Translations under genes and position numbers: made by a program
Notes under the pieces: generated by a model
What the model saw: only the letters and a program-made list of their open reading frames with translations
Told to the model about the DNA's origin: nothing
Databases searched by the model: none
Part shown: one piece after another, positions 45,625 to 59,010 of the stretch
Position numbering within the stretch: the stretch's first letter is position 1
Layout: each line of letters starts with the position of its first letter
DNA from: Eledone cirrhosa
Taxonomy: Eukaryota
DNA: 64,000 nt
NCBI GenBank assembly: GCA_964016885.1
Contig: OZ024758.1
Coordinates: 8,742,001-8,806,000 of the forward strand
Reading direction: 5' to 3'

Positions 45625-46014
45625 CAGTAGTCTACCATTTTAAAGGGAGGGACCTCAATATAGTGCCATTGTATGTAATCAATTGATATATAGTGTCAAC
45701 TCTTGTGTCGTACAATGGTTTCTCTGTCTGTATATTTGAACTATACAATCTAATATATTGTGCTAAGCAATGAAAGAATAAGAGAATGAAGTTCATTCAT
45801 TATTAATTCATTGTTTTAGGTTGGTTTCGGTTGAATAGAAAAAAAAAGGGATCCTTCTTCGAACTGATTTTATCTTTGCACCAATGAAAAAGGCTCGCAT
45901 TCTTTTCTGCTCAGTCGAAACGATCGTAAAACAATGGATTAATAACTTTGTTTTCTTATTATTTCCTTGTGCTTTTGTCGCCATCAACTAAAATGCAGCA
46001 TTCTTTCTCTTCAG

Positions 46015-46171
46015 GCCTCTTTCTACCCATATCCTTCGGCGATGTATGAAGAAGACCTGATCAGTCAACGAGCGAGAGCCTTTCCTCTGAGCCATGGACT
46101 TATGTCAGCACCGCAAGCTTTCTCATTCGGTTTCTCCGTGCATCCTGCACATGACCCGATGTCCTTGACAG
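46015..46171 (+). CDS. TBX6: T-box transcription factor (Tbx6/16-like), N-terminal coding exon (ASFYPYPSAMYEEDLISQRARAFPLSHGLMSAPQAFSFGFSVHPAHDPMSLT); start codon may be the internal Met or lie in an upstream exon
   Basis: Polypyrimidine acceptor ttctttctcttcag|G at 46014/46015 and donor ACAG|gtaagt at 46171/46172. Open, non-repetitive frame ending in phase 1, which matches the phase-1 start of the next exon (G+TT = Val). Confidence 0.8.
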
Positions 46172-46622
46172 GTAAGTTAATTCTTCTGATTACAGAATCT
46201 GTGTGTCAGCTTTCTGTAGCGTAGCGAGTGTTCTCATCGTTCAGGAGAGCAAAGACCATTTTAGTGTCTTCACTTTAATTAACAAGCGTTATAGACAAAA
46301 GGACATTTTGTACATATTTACACCTGCGCCTGAATGGCCACTGCCCCCTCTTTCATTCCTCCCCTCTCACTCCTCTATGCTACGCCTCAGATAACTATCT
46401 CCATGTCAGTGTGTGGCAATATGGCATGGCATACCTTTTTCCGGTGGTTGAAGTAGTAAATCATTGCATTCAACCAAATCTAGGAAAAAATAATAACCAC
46501 GGGGAAAAATATTCATAGAAAAAAAGGACAGAAGAAAGATCAATAAAGAGTTGATTTATTGGGTTGTCGGGGAAGGTGTTTTATGTTGTTGTTGTTTTTT
46601 AAGATACTGCCATAAACGTGAT

Positions 46623-46653
<31 letters not shown>

Positions 46654-46956
46654 CGCATTCGTGTAATGGCGATTATATAAATTACGTTGTCACCGTGTTG
46701 TACAAGACATGTTATAATCAGGTGATAAGCAAATAAATTAAATGCTCTTTAAATGAAATATGACAGCTGTTTCTGTGACTTTACTACAGTTCACTGTTAT
46801 ACTATCCCAGAGACGTTACTCCACTTCAGTGAATGTAATACTACATATTTATGGTTCTTATTGTTGTTGTTGTTCAGTCTGTGTTCAGGCTACCTATCAT
46901 AATGAAAGACATTACACATTATGTTCAGGCATCGTGTATCTGGGATTACATTATAT

Positions 46957-47128
46957 AATTGTTTCTACTTTAGGCACAAGGCCAGCAATTACTCAGTGCA
47001 TTACTGGTACTTTATTTTATCGACCCCGTAAGGATGAAAGGCAAAGTCAACCTCGGCGGGATTTGAACTCAGATCGTAAAGGGACGGAACTATGCTGGAA
47101 AGCATGGCGTCCGACCCTCTACCGATAC
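46957..47128 (-). mobile_element. SINE family A copy, intronic
   Basis: Reverse complement of family A. Confidence 0.85.
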
Positions 47129-47339
47129 TGTTGTTCCAGCCATGCCTCTCTCTACCGATACCCTTTACTTTACTTTTATTCCGGTTTCTCTTCGCTTTTT
47201 CTATTAGTTCATTCTGTTTTCTTTTGTTTTGTTTGTGTGTTTTGTTTGGGATTTTTTCTTTGCTAAACTCCTTTAACACCACCCTCACAAATCACTCCAG
47301 CTTTATAACTAACTCCATCTCTCTCTTTCTCTCTCTCTA

Positions 47340-47382
<43 letters not shown>

Positions 47383-47451
47383 CTCTCTCTCTCCAACACA
47401 CACACACACACACACACTTCTATACACCACTTTACCACTCACCCTCACCCC

Positions 47452-47493
<42 letters not shown>

Positions 47494-47705
47494 ATTCCTG
47501 TTATCTCCCTTATAACTTCTACATGCTGTCATTCCATTCTGTTCCCAACTCATTCAAAATCGAATAAAAACTTATCACTGATGGAACCAACACATTTCCT
47601 CTGTCAGAGCTTTTGGAGAGTACTGCATCAGATACGTTCGATCAATTCCTATATATATGTATGTGTGTGTATGTGTATATATACACACACTCATATACAC
47701 ACACA

Positions 47706-47796
<91 letters not shown>

Positions 47797-48047
47797 ATAT
47801 GTGAGTGCGTATGTGTATGGAGGTCCTACAATTACAAAATGGGATTTACGAATGTCGTCACCTGTTCAACATAATGCTGGAACTGTTTTCATAAATCGTA
47901 TTTTTTTCTATTCTGTTTCTTGTATATCATATATGTAACATATACATATACACATATATACGCATAACCCATACATATATGTATAACTTATACACATATA
48001 TACGCATAACCCATACATTCATATATATATATATATATATATATACA

Positions 48048-48091
<44 letters not shown>

Positions 48092-50231
48092 TAACAGATT
48101 AAAGTTTAAGCAAAGAATCGCTGCTTTCACTCTTAACGTTTCAAAAGATGCCGTTAAGGGTGAAAGCAGCGATTCTTTACTTAAACTTTAATTTTTTATT
48201 TTGATAAATATTTGCTCTATGGTTTTATATATTTGTATATATATTTTATCCTTGTCGAGCCCTCTTCGCTTTTTAGTCTTCACATTTATTATTATTACCC
48301 CAGTCGAGGTTGACTTTGCCTTTCATCCTTACCGGGTCGATAAAATAAAGTACCAGTAATGAACTGGGTAATTGCTGGCCTTGTGCCAAATGTAGAAACA
48401 ATTATCATTATTATATCGAATGCAGAGACACTATCGTATCTCAGTGGGACATTATCTCAAGATTTGTCTACATCAGGATTGCTTGCCGTCATTTAATCGA
48501 TATCTTTTTGATAGATTTCTTTATTATCAAATTTAGAACAACTTTTTTTACTTTAAAATTAATCAAAGACCATAAATTCTGTTAACACCATAGAGTATAA
48601 TGAACGAATAGTCCAGCATAGCCAAGCATGTGTGCTTATGTATTTGTACGACGTATTTAATTTTAGTATAAAATAATATTGGTTTAGGAATAAGGCCAAC
48701 AATTTGGGGGGAAGAGAAAGTCGATTAAATCGAACCAGTACATTACTGGTACTTTATTTTATCGACCCCGTACGGATGAAAAGCAAAGTTAATCTCGCAG
48801 GATTTGAACTCAAATCGTATAGGGCCCTATATTAGGGCTTTAATTACAAGTATTTAGTGGTGCAGAATAATATTAGAGTTAAAACACATTTGCCACGTGT
48901 CCAAGTTCCTTTTTTCAATGAAAACTTTACATCGGTCAGTCTTTTATATCCGATAAAATACACTGAATGAAATTGAAAAACTTTATTTTATTAAATCTTT
49001 CCAAATTCTTAATTATATTCAAAATACTCAAATATATTTTTAGGACAAAATTAAATAAAAATAATAAAGAATTTAATATTTCGTCAAACATGTAGAAAAA
49101 GAAAATAGTATTGGAAAGGACTATAAATTCTATAATTGGGAGGGCAAGGAATATTAGAAAACGAAAGAAAGAAAGGGGGAAGGGAGAGGGTAACAGACTC
49201 TACACCTAAGTCAGAACGGTGTCTCAGCTGCACCCATTTCATATTTTCTCTCTTCCCTCGGTCTACCAATGAGACAGCCTCTACCTAGTGGCTCCACTCG
49301 TTAGAAATTGCCACCAAATCTCCCTAGAAAAAACATCCTACTCTCTTAATATAAGAAAAACACATTGGATAATATAGCCCAAATCACACTATAGCTGGAG
49401 AAACAAAAAGAACCAGAAGGATACGACTGTGGTGGCATCTTTTGATAATTATTTTATCGATTCCCTTACGTCTGATTTGGCACTAAACAACAGATGTACA
49501 ATGAATGTTTTTCTTTTAACTGAGTTACTGCTATCCACGCTAGTTTTAGAAATTTCGCTTCTGCTTTGGTGGCAGAATCTCTGTTTAAGGTGTGAAAATA
49601 CAAATGAGAAGAGGCGAGAGAGTTTTCATTTAATTCCAAATATTTGTGAGAACTTTTACTTCAGGTTCATCGCTCTAATAGACTGCACTTTATACAAAAT
49701 ACAGCTTAATATTTTTTAAGAGTTACACCTTTATATTCCATCTTCACTTGAGATATAGCTCAACTCCGAAGCCTCGCTAGGAGCATACCTTTACTTTGAG
49801 AAGACACGTAGCTTAGGGATTAGAATATTTGGCTCACAATCATAAGGTCGTGAATTCGATTCCCGACGGTGGGTTATGTCCTTCAGCGTGGTGCTTTATT
49901 TCCCGTTGCTGGGGAAATAAATAAACTGGGAAAGGTTGTACCTGTGATTCAAACGGCCAATATTGCCACACACTATGCCACGCTGAACCTCACTTAAAAT
50001 TACGTGAAGAGTACACGTGGTTAAGGAATACTCAGCCACCGCCACTTTAAATTCACGAACTGGCTGATCCGTTGGTCAAAACCCTGGAACACTCCAAGAC
50101 GGAACTGGCAGAGATCCAACATAACACCCTGCTTTAATCTGTAACCTTGTCTTTATGTATTCCAATGTTTTCTTCACTGGTGTTTTGTTCTTGCTATTCT
50201 TTCTCTCTCTCGCTGTATCCTGGTTACTCAG

Positions 50232-50421
50232 TTGGTCAAGGGCAGCAGTTCAGTACCTACCCTCATCTAGCAACCCACGATCATAAACGAATGATCAGCG
50301 GACCTGGTGGGGGTCAGGTGGAGACCAGTGACAAAACAATAAAGATTGTTCTAGAAAACAGAGATTTATGGCAGAAGTTTCACACCCTGGGTACAGAAAT
50401 GATTATAACGAAGACTGGACG
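50232..50421 (+). CDS. TBX6: T-box transcription factor (Tbx6/16-like), exon with start of T-box (...IKIVLENRDLWQKFHTLGTEMIITKTGR)
   Basis: Canonical T-box N-terminus (LW.KF..LGTEMIITK.GR). Acceptor ...tactcag|TT and donor GGACG|gtgagt (phase 2). Confidence 0.93.
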
Positions 50422-50541
50422 GTGAGTACCACTTTCTGAATTTTACGGTTTATGTTAAACAGAGGCTCAAGTATTGGTTAAAAAGCAATGTTCATACACT
50501 AACAATACTACTATGCTAGGGCGGCTAGACATTTCTCAATA

Positions 50542-50738
50542 TATAAGGTGAGTCATAAATAACCGGACAGTCAAATAACCGTTTAAACGTCCGCTTATTT
50601 GTGTGTTATCAGCCTTGGTTATATTTTTTTAACTACGTTTGTGTGATGTATTTATAATGTTGTACTGTATGACCAGAATTTTAGTAAATATCATTTGGAA
50701 TATAAATGTTGGCCCGGTTACTTATGACTTACACTATA
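50542..50738. mobile_element. Tc1/mariner-type MITE
   Basis: Imperfect terminal inverted repeats tataaggtgagtcataaataaccgg ... ccggttacttatgacttacactata with TA at both ends. Confidence 0.65.
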
Positions 50739-50799
50739 TTTTTCAATATATGTTTATGCTATACTAACAGAATGTTTGATACAGAGGTGTAGAGCCGAA

Positions 50800-50975
50800 T
50801 AATTGTTTCTAGTTTGGGCACAAGGCCAGCAATTATCCCAGTATATTATTGGTACTTTATTTTATCGACCCCGTAAGGATGAAAGGCAAAGTTAACCTCG
50901 GCGGGATTTGAACTCAGATTATAAAGGCCCGTAACTCTTTGCTGCAAAGCATGGCGTCCGAACCTCTACCGATAC
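50800..50975 (-). mobile_element. SINE family A copy, intronic
   Basis: Reverse complement of family A. Confidence 0.85.
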
Positions 50976-51464
50976 AAAGGAATACTAAAAGCTTTTTCCC
51001 CTGAATAAAGGAATTTTTCGAGAATGACCGGGGCAGGCCGCACTTGCTACATTTCTCCCCACCCAACCCTACTCACTGTCTCAACTCATTACTGCTATTA
51101 ACACTTTTTCAACACACCTACACACCTACACTTATTAAAGGGGGAGAAAAAAAACCCCCACCACACCACAGACATGTTAAATCCCTATATATAGAACAAT
51201 ACACCACATACACATCAGTTTGACAAGCGCACCTCAGCGTGAAAGGTCTTTCTAAAATTGAAACAATACCTCCTACGTTAACCAAGAACTCCTAAGACCT
51301 AACCAACAACCAACAACCAACAACTTAATTTATAAAAAAAATTTTTTTAAGAAAAAAATTTTTTCTAATCCGGAAAAAAATTCTTTTTGGATTTTGTGAA
51401 GAAAATAAATTTGTTGAAAGCACAAGTGAAGCCATTTTTTTCTTCCCCCCTGTCTTAATATATT

Positions 51465-51753
<289 letters not shown>

Positions 51754-52025
51754 TATATATATATAATATATATATTATATATATATATATATATTATATA
51801 TAATATATATATTATATATAATATATGTATATATATATTATATATATATATAATATATATATAATATATATAATATATATATAATATATAATATATATAA
51901 TATATATAATATATATATAATATATAATATATATATTATATATATAATATATAATATATATATTATATATATATATATATAGATAGATATTATATATATA
52001 TGATAAATATATATATATGTGTGTT

Positions 52026-52073
<48 letters not shown>

Positions 52074-52107
52074 CGCGCAATGTCTATGCATGTGTACATG
52101 AGTTTAT

Positions 52108-52141
<34 letters not shown>

Positions 52142-53115
52142 CATACATGTAATGTGTGTGTACGTGTATGTGGTGTGTGGGCGGAATAAAGAAAAGTGGG
52201 AGTTAACTTATAAGAACACACCCACTGACCAACCCACTTTCTTATCTGTTATGACGGAGTTGTGTTGCTGTATTTACACAGTTAATCACTATTTACTGGT
52301 GACACACTAACTGAGGTGGGGCCGCCTACTGTCTCATCTAACGTGTGTGTGGGTGTGTGGATGTGTGTGGATGTGTGTGGATGTGTAGATGTGTGTGTGG
52401 TTGTGTGTGTGTGTGTGTGTGTAAATGTGTGGATGTGTGTGCGTGGATGTGTGTGGATGTGTGTGTGTGTATGTGTGGATATGTATGTGTGTGTGTGTGT
52501 GTGGATGTGTGTGTGTGTGGATGTGTGTGTGTGGATGTGGATGTGTGGATGTGTGTGGATGTGTGGATGTGTGTGGATGTGTGTGGATGTGTGTGTGCCA
52601 ATGTGAACTCTGTGTGTGTGTGTATGTGTGTGTTTGTGTGTGTGCACTCGCTTGGTTTGTTTCTTTGTCACTCTCCATCTCCCCATCCACCCCTACTACT
52701 TTTAATATCAAGACCTATGGACCTTTAATCTAAAGACAGTAACTGCAAAATAAATAGGGTGTGTCCCCTAATTACGGCTGACTGAAACCCATATAGAGAG
52801 GGAGGTGGCGATGATGCAAAAAAGGAAGGAACCCCTGGTATAAACCGATGAAGATGGTGAGTTGGTCGTTAGAACGTCGGATAGAATGTTTAGCAGTTAT
52901 CCGACACTCTGCTCTATACATTCAAATCCCACCCAGGTCAACTTTGTCTTTCATTCATCCAAGGTTAATAAAAAAAAAAGAAGTTCCAGTCCAGTACTTG
53001 GGTCCATTTTTCTTTAAATGACCATGACCCGTCGTATGTCATGATGGCGTCCCTAGGATTCCATCAGGAGTTACAGATGAAAAAGGCAGAAAATAACTGT
53101 AACCACAGTAGATAG

Positions 53116-53205
<90 letters not shown>

Positions 53206-53284
53206 TAAACAGGAATAATAGCACAATCGGTACAGTATATGGAAGGGATATATTAGGTTAACGCTTGATATAGCAGGAAGAGGG

Positions 53285-53320
53285 TCTTAACGTTTCGGAC
53301 GCTAGTCCTTCATCAGAATA
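53285..53320 (-). ncRNA. Minimal hammerhead ribozyme motif (intron of T-box gene, antisense)
   Basis: Reverse strand: tatt CTGATGA a ggac-tagc-gtcc GAAACGTT|aaga, with palindrome AACGTT. Relatives at 54775-54808 (+) and ~22023-22065 (-). Confidence 0.72.
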
Positions 53321-53418
53321 AAGAATGAGAAACAAGATAGATTGAGAGGACGGGCGGGATGGAATTGGAAAAAATGTCTTTAGATAAAAATAACAGGTCC
53401 ATCCATGTTGACATCTCT

Positions 53419-53459
<41 letters not shown>

Positions 53460-53479
53460 TATATATACAGGATATATGC

Positions 53480-53770
53480 TCCAGTTGATTTAATCAACGG
53501 AACAGAATGCTTGCTCGTTGGATTAATGGGCAAGTGGCTGAGTATTCCACAGACACGTGCACCCTTGACGTAATTTTCAGAAAGATTCAGCGTGATACAG
53601 TGTGTGACAAGGCAGACCCCTTGAATTACTGGTACAATTCATTTTTACCAGCTTGAACTGAAGCAATGTGGAATAAAGTGTCTTTCTGGTGGACACGACG
53701 CGCCGCGCAGTTCGGGAATCGAACTCACTACTCTATGATTGTGAGCCGAACATTTTAACCACTAAGCCAC
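53480..53770 (-). mobile_element. SINE with family-B-type head and a third body type; related copies at 49800-50110 (+) and 59165-59270 (-)
   Basis: Shared acacgtg...ggaatactcagccac...aattcacga segment and tRNA-like head. Confidence 0.65.
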
Positions 53771-53877
53771 ACAATGTAGTATATAATCCGTAATTAAACA
53801 CATCATAAACAGACGTAACAACCATTGCTCTCTACTGCTGTTGTTTGTGTATTCATGTTTTGTTTTATATTTTTCAG

Positions 53878-54145
53878 GCGGATGTTCCCAACGCTGAAAG
53901 TCAGTCTTGAAGGACTTGACCCTCACACCAAATATATATTGCTTATTGATGTGCTCCCTGTCGATGACTGTCGCTACAAATATCATAACTCCGAATGGGT
54001 GGTCACAGGAAAGGCCGAACCCCACATGCCCGGACGTCTCTATGTCCACCCAGATTCACCAGCATCTGGATCACACTGGATGAAGCAACCAGTTTCATTC
54101 CACAAACTCAAACTCACTAACAACAACTTGGACCAAAACGGACAT
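53878..54145 (+). CDS. TBX6: T-box transcription factor (Tbx6/16-like), central T-box exon ([19 protein letters not shown]...[61 protein letters not shown])
   Basis: Unmistakable T-box motifs. Acceptor ttttcag|G completes the CG+G Arg codon; donor CAT|gtgagt is phase 0. Confidence 0.97.
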
Positions 54146-54234
54146 GTGAGTAATGGTCTCTATATCAATAGTTCGTCTAATTAGTAAGCAATGGACAAAT
54201 TGTTGGTCGTTGTTATTATTACTAATAGCTATTA

Positions 54235-54757
54235 GGGCGGTGGATTGGCAGTATCGGTAGAGGGTCGGGCGCCGTGCTTTGCAGCACAGAGTTACGGCTC
54301 TTTATGATCTGAGTTCAAATCCTGCCGAGGTTAACTTTGGCTTTCATCCTTACGGGGTCGATAAAATAAAGTACCAGTAACGTACTGGGGTCGATTTAAT
54401 CGACTCCTCCTCCTCCTCCTCCTCCTCCCCCTCCCTCCCCCATTACTGGCCTTGTGCCTAGGGTCGGACGCCATGCTTTGACGCATAAAGTTACGGCCCT
54501 TGCCCTTCTGAGTTCGAATCCCGCCGAAGTTAACTTTGCTTTTCATCCTTACGGGGTCGATAAAATAAAGTACCAGTAATACACTTGGATAATTGCTGCC
54601 TTATGCCAAAAGTAGAAACAATTATTATTAAAAGCTATTATTATATTATCTCGACGAAGTTAGCTTTGCCTTTCATCCTTACGGGGATAGATAAAATAAA
54701 GTACCAGTAATGCACTTGGTAATTGCTGGCCTTGTACCAAAAGTAGAAACAATTATT
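54235..54757 (+). mobile_element. Three head-to-tail SINE family A copies, intronic
   Basis: The family A core occurs at ~54335, ~54535 and ~54664. Confidence 0.85.
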
Positions 54758-54774
54758 TTTTATTTCCTATACTA

Positions 54775-54808
54775 TCTTCTGATGAAAGAGTAATACGAAA
54801 CGTAAAGA
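54775..54808 (+). ncRNA. Minimal hammerhead-like motif with decayed stem II (intron of T-box gene, sense)
   Basis: tctt CTGATGA aagagtaatac GAAACGTA|aaga: perfect stem I and core, poor stem II. Confidence 0.5.
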
Positions 54809-54825
54809 CTCTTTTCCTACCCTAT

Positions 54826-54878
<53 letters not shown>

Positions 54879-54900
54879 ATATATATAATAGAAATGTATG

Positions 54901-54956
<56 letters not shown>

Positions 54957-55183
54957 ATGGGGGGGGAGAAACAGAGAGAGAAATCCCGACCAAATACCTA
55001 TCTCTATACCCACTCTACATCTCCACAAGCATTGAGTACTCCCATGATTAGTGGTCTCTCCGGTCTCAGCAGTGTAAACATATACAATAGAATGGTAACA
55101 TTGATATTGGCCGGAACTATGATTTGCAGGTGCTGTGGAAGACGATGGATTGTTTCATGACTCATTCATTTCATCTTGGCTAC

Positions 55184-55335
55184 TTGACATATCGATATAT
55201 TAGCCATCATCTCTGTGTTGTCTCCCTTCTCCCTTGACATATCGATATATTAGCCATCATCTCTGTGTTGTCCCCCTTCTCCCTTGACATATCGATATAT
55301 TAGCCATCATCTCTGTGTTGTCCCCCTTCTCCCTT
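55184..55335. repeat. Minisatellite, 50-bp unit x 3
   Basis: ttgacatatcgatatattagccatcatctctgtgttgtc(t/c)cccttctccc at 55184, 55234 and 55284. Confidence 0.95.
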
Positions 55336-55564
55336 CTACATCACAATTTCAATGTTATCTATTTCACTGCTAATTAAAACAACCATATCCTATCATTTCT
55401 CTAATATCGATCTCCAACATCAACGACTGAAGCATTGCTCTGTTCTTACTGTTTTTAACACTTCACTTCCTGGCTAATGTTCTTATTATTATTGTTGTTC
55501 TTATTGTTCTTCTTATTGTTGTTATTATTATTATTCTATTTGTTCTTTTTCTTCTCCTTCTCAA

Positions 55565-55624
<60 letters not shown>

Positions 55625-55894
55625 CTCTCTCTCTATCTTCTTTTCTTTATAGTTGTTTTTATTTCTGTTTATTATTGTTTTTTTGTGTTTCTGCACATAC
55701 ATAGATATATACATACATACACATACATACATACATACATACATACATACATACATACATACATACATACATACATACATACATACATTCTTACACATAC
55801 ATAGATACATAGTTACACATACATAAATACATACAGGCACACACACATACATACATACATACATACATACATACATACATACATACATACATAC

Positions 55895-55925
<31 letters not shown>

Positions 55926-56759
55926 CACACAGACATACATTCACATGCGTGCATTCACATTCATACATACATACATACATACATACATACATACATACAT
56001 ACATACATACATACATACATACATACATACATACATACATACATACATACATACGCAAATAAAAAGGTAAAAACTGAATACATCAATTGTATCGTGGGAG
56101 TCAGTAGGTTTAGATAGAAGCAAACAACGCTCCCTGTGAATAAACAGTTGTTTTACTGCGTAAACATTTATTACTGTGTTCCGACTCTTGTTTTCTATCT
56201 TTTACTGAGTCTCTTGGGTAAATGTTTTTTACTGGTGTTAAGGAATAGAATTAAGCCGATTAGAGTAGAAAAAATGTTGGCAGAGAAGACAGATTTATTC
56301 AATAATAATTTAGGTTAGATTACATTTCATTTTTTTCTCATATTTCAGTCTCTACAACACAATTGACAACATCTGCGGCAGCCATCTTAATTTTGCTTTT
56401 TACCAACCTTCTTCCATCTTTTCTCTGCTGCCTGCTTTCATTTAACTTCTCGTTCATTCTCACATAAAGCCATCACTTATATTAAATTCCTCACTTATTA
56501 TTTAGACTTCCCATGTATTAAAATCCTCATATAGTACGCAATACTTGCTTGTACGAATGTTACCATACCATAAAAGATTCTGGCTACCAAATCTGTGCAC
56601 TTACGAATTTATGAAATGTTGGAATTAGTGGCGGTCGGTATCTTTATGAGAACAAAGCTTAGTTATTAAAAACGAGTGTGGATGGGTTTATTGTCCTCCA
56701 CTAACTATTCATAAGCGTAAATTTTAATGAGTGTTTGAGAATCTAACACACCTGGGAAG

Positions 56760-56792
<33 letters not shown>

Positions 56793-56854
56793 TATTATGT
56801 AATATATATATATATATATATATATATTACATAATAAACAACATGATATAATTA

Positions 56855-56918
56855 TTCCATTACCAAAGGTTTCAGGAAACTAGACGATCCTAACAGAAAC
56901 GTCCAGTACTCTCATCAG
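56855..56918 (-). ncRNA. Hammerhead core in truncated fold-back element (same family as 9.3-9.5 kb)
   Basis: Reverse strand: CTGATGA gagtactggacg...cgtctagtttcct GAAACCTTTGGTA|atggaa. The 5' arm of stem I is lost at the inversion junction. Confidence 0.6.
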
Positions 56919-56978
56919 AGCCTGAAAACTTTGGTAATGAAATAATTATATTGTCTGTCTTAAATAGAAAGCTAATCA

Positions 56979-57157
<179 letters not shown>

Positions 57158-57373
57158 TTATATGTGTGAACACGTATACATAAATACATACAAAAATACA
57201 TATATACATACATACATGCATTGATATATATATATATACACACACACACACATACACACATCAGATTAAAATATCGTTTTCTTTTTCACTCATTCAGTCC
57301 CTCATTTCTCTCCTCTCATTCCCTCTGTCATTCTTCCTCATATTCACTCACTCTCCCCTTCACTCTTCTGCAG

Positions 57374-57520
57374 ATTATTCTGAACTCGATGCACAAGTAC
57401 CAACCCCGAGTTCACGTTGTACAGGCCAACGATGTGTTCACTATGCGCTGGGGGTCGTTCTACACCTACGCCTTCGAGGAGACAAAGTTCATTGCAGTGA
57501 CGGCTTATCAAAATGAACAG
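57374..57520 (+). CDS. TBX6: T-box transcription factor (Tbx6/16-like), exon [49 protein letters not shown]
   Basis: T-box motifs [10 protein letters not shown] and FIAVTAYQN. Acceptor cttctgcag| and donor CAG|gtaaaa; 147 nt, phase 0-0. Confidence 0.97.
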
Positions 57521-57669
57521 GTAAAAGCACCCTTCTCCATCAATCACTTAAACACGACCAGCTTCTACAGATTATTTACTTTCATTAAGTCTCTTCTATC
57601 TTTATCGATTATTCCTCTACACAGTAGAACAGAAAACGAAAACAAATAGATTATTTCATGGACACAATA

Positions 57670-58224
57670 TTGTCTTAGTATAGTCGTTTACAGGCTCTGT
57701 AGTCCCTTGTCTTAGTATAGTCGTTTACAGGCTCTGTAGTCCCTTGTCTTAGTATAGTCGTTTACAGGCTCTGTAGTCCCTTGTCTTAGTATAGTCGTTT
57801 ACAGGCTCTGTAGTCCCTTGTCTTAGTATAGTCGTTTACAGGCTCTGTAGTCCCTTGTCTTAGTATAGTCGTTTACAGGCTCTGTAGTCCCTTGTCTTAG
57901 TATAGTCGTTTACAGGCTCTGTAGTCCCTTGTCTTAGTATAGTCGTTTACAGGCTCTGTAGTCCCTTGTCTTAGTATAGTCGTTTACAGGCTCTGTAGTC
58001 CCTTGTCTTAGTATAGTCGTTTACAGGCTCTGTAGTCCCTTGTCTTAGTATAGTCGTTTACAGGCTCTGTAGTCCCTTGTCTTAGTATAGTCGTTTACAG
58101 GCTCTGTAGTCCCTTGTCTTAGTATAGTCGTTTACAGGCTCTGTAGTCCCTTGTCTTAGTATAGTCGTTTACAGGCTCTGTAGTCCCTTGTCTTAGTATA
58201 GTCGTTTACAGGCTCTGTAGTCCC
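57670..58224. repeat. Minisatellite, 37-bp unit x 15, apparently perfect, intronic
   Basis: ttgtcttagtatagtcgtttacaggctctgtagtccc repeated without spacers. Confidence 0.98.
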
Positions 58225-58688
58225 TCAAAAACCCGAAGAAAGATGAGCGCCGCTGGGATGTATTTGCCCAGGTTATGCTGTAAAGCAGCGTCCTTATGAT
58301 TCTAGAGGGTCAAAGGGAAAGTGAAGTGAAACCTCGAAAAATTACCGAGGATATTGTTGCGGCTTGTTCGGCCTTCTCCAAGGTTCAAAGTGCAGAAGCT
58401 TATCGTCTAGTAACACCCAGGCTCTCATGATATAACCTGGGTAGATGTATCAGATATAATTAGTTTATTAGACACTTCTACAGAAGACAGTTTTGTTTGG
58501 GAGTTGTATAAATACTCATGCAGAGAATGTTTTTATGTTGTGTATTTATACAGTCTTTGTGTGTATGTGTGTGTGTATGTGTGTGTGTGTGTGTGTGTGC
58601 GCGCGTATGCATGCATGTATCCATGCATGTATGTATGTATGTATGTATGTATGTATGTATGTATGTATGTATGTATGTATGTATGTAT

Positions 58689-59010
58689 GGAGCCGTAATT
58701 CCTCGTAGGGTCGTGGGAACGCCGTCCTGGGCGCCTTTTAAACCTGGCAAGGCCCATCTCCTCTCCAGGTCTGAACACAGTCGATTTCTTCCAGAGAAGG
58801 GGAGTGAGAGTGACAGAGGAAGTGAGAAAGAGATATAGAGGAAGAATATACCTCAGTATCTGACTGGAGAGGTACTTTTTTTTATCGACCCCGAATGGAC
58901 TAAAAGCAAAGTTGACCTCGGCAGTATTTGAACTCACTGCCCAGAGAACCAACGCAAATACTGCAAAGCATTCTGCCCGACGTTCTAACAACTCTGCCAA
59001 CTCGCCGCCT
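58689..59010 (-). mobile_element. SINE subfamily A2, ending in (TACA)n, intronic
   Basis: Reverse-complement homology to 36035-36367. Confidence 0.75.

Noticed and set aside
46760-47266. 168-aa ORF downstream of the first T-box exon
   Set aside because: It largely spans an antisense SINE family A copy; no recognisable domain or splice support.
57670-58224. CRISPR array (37-bp repeat length)
   Set aside because: Units are contiguous with no unique spacers, there are no cas genes, and the context is a eukaryotic intron.
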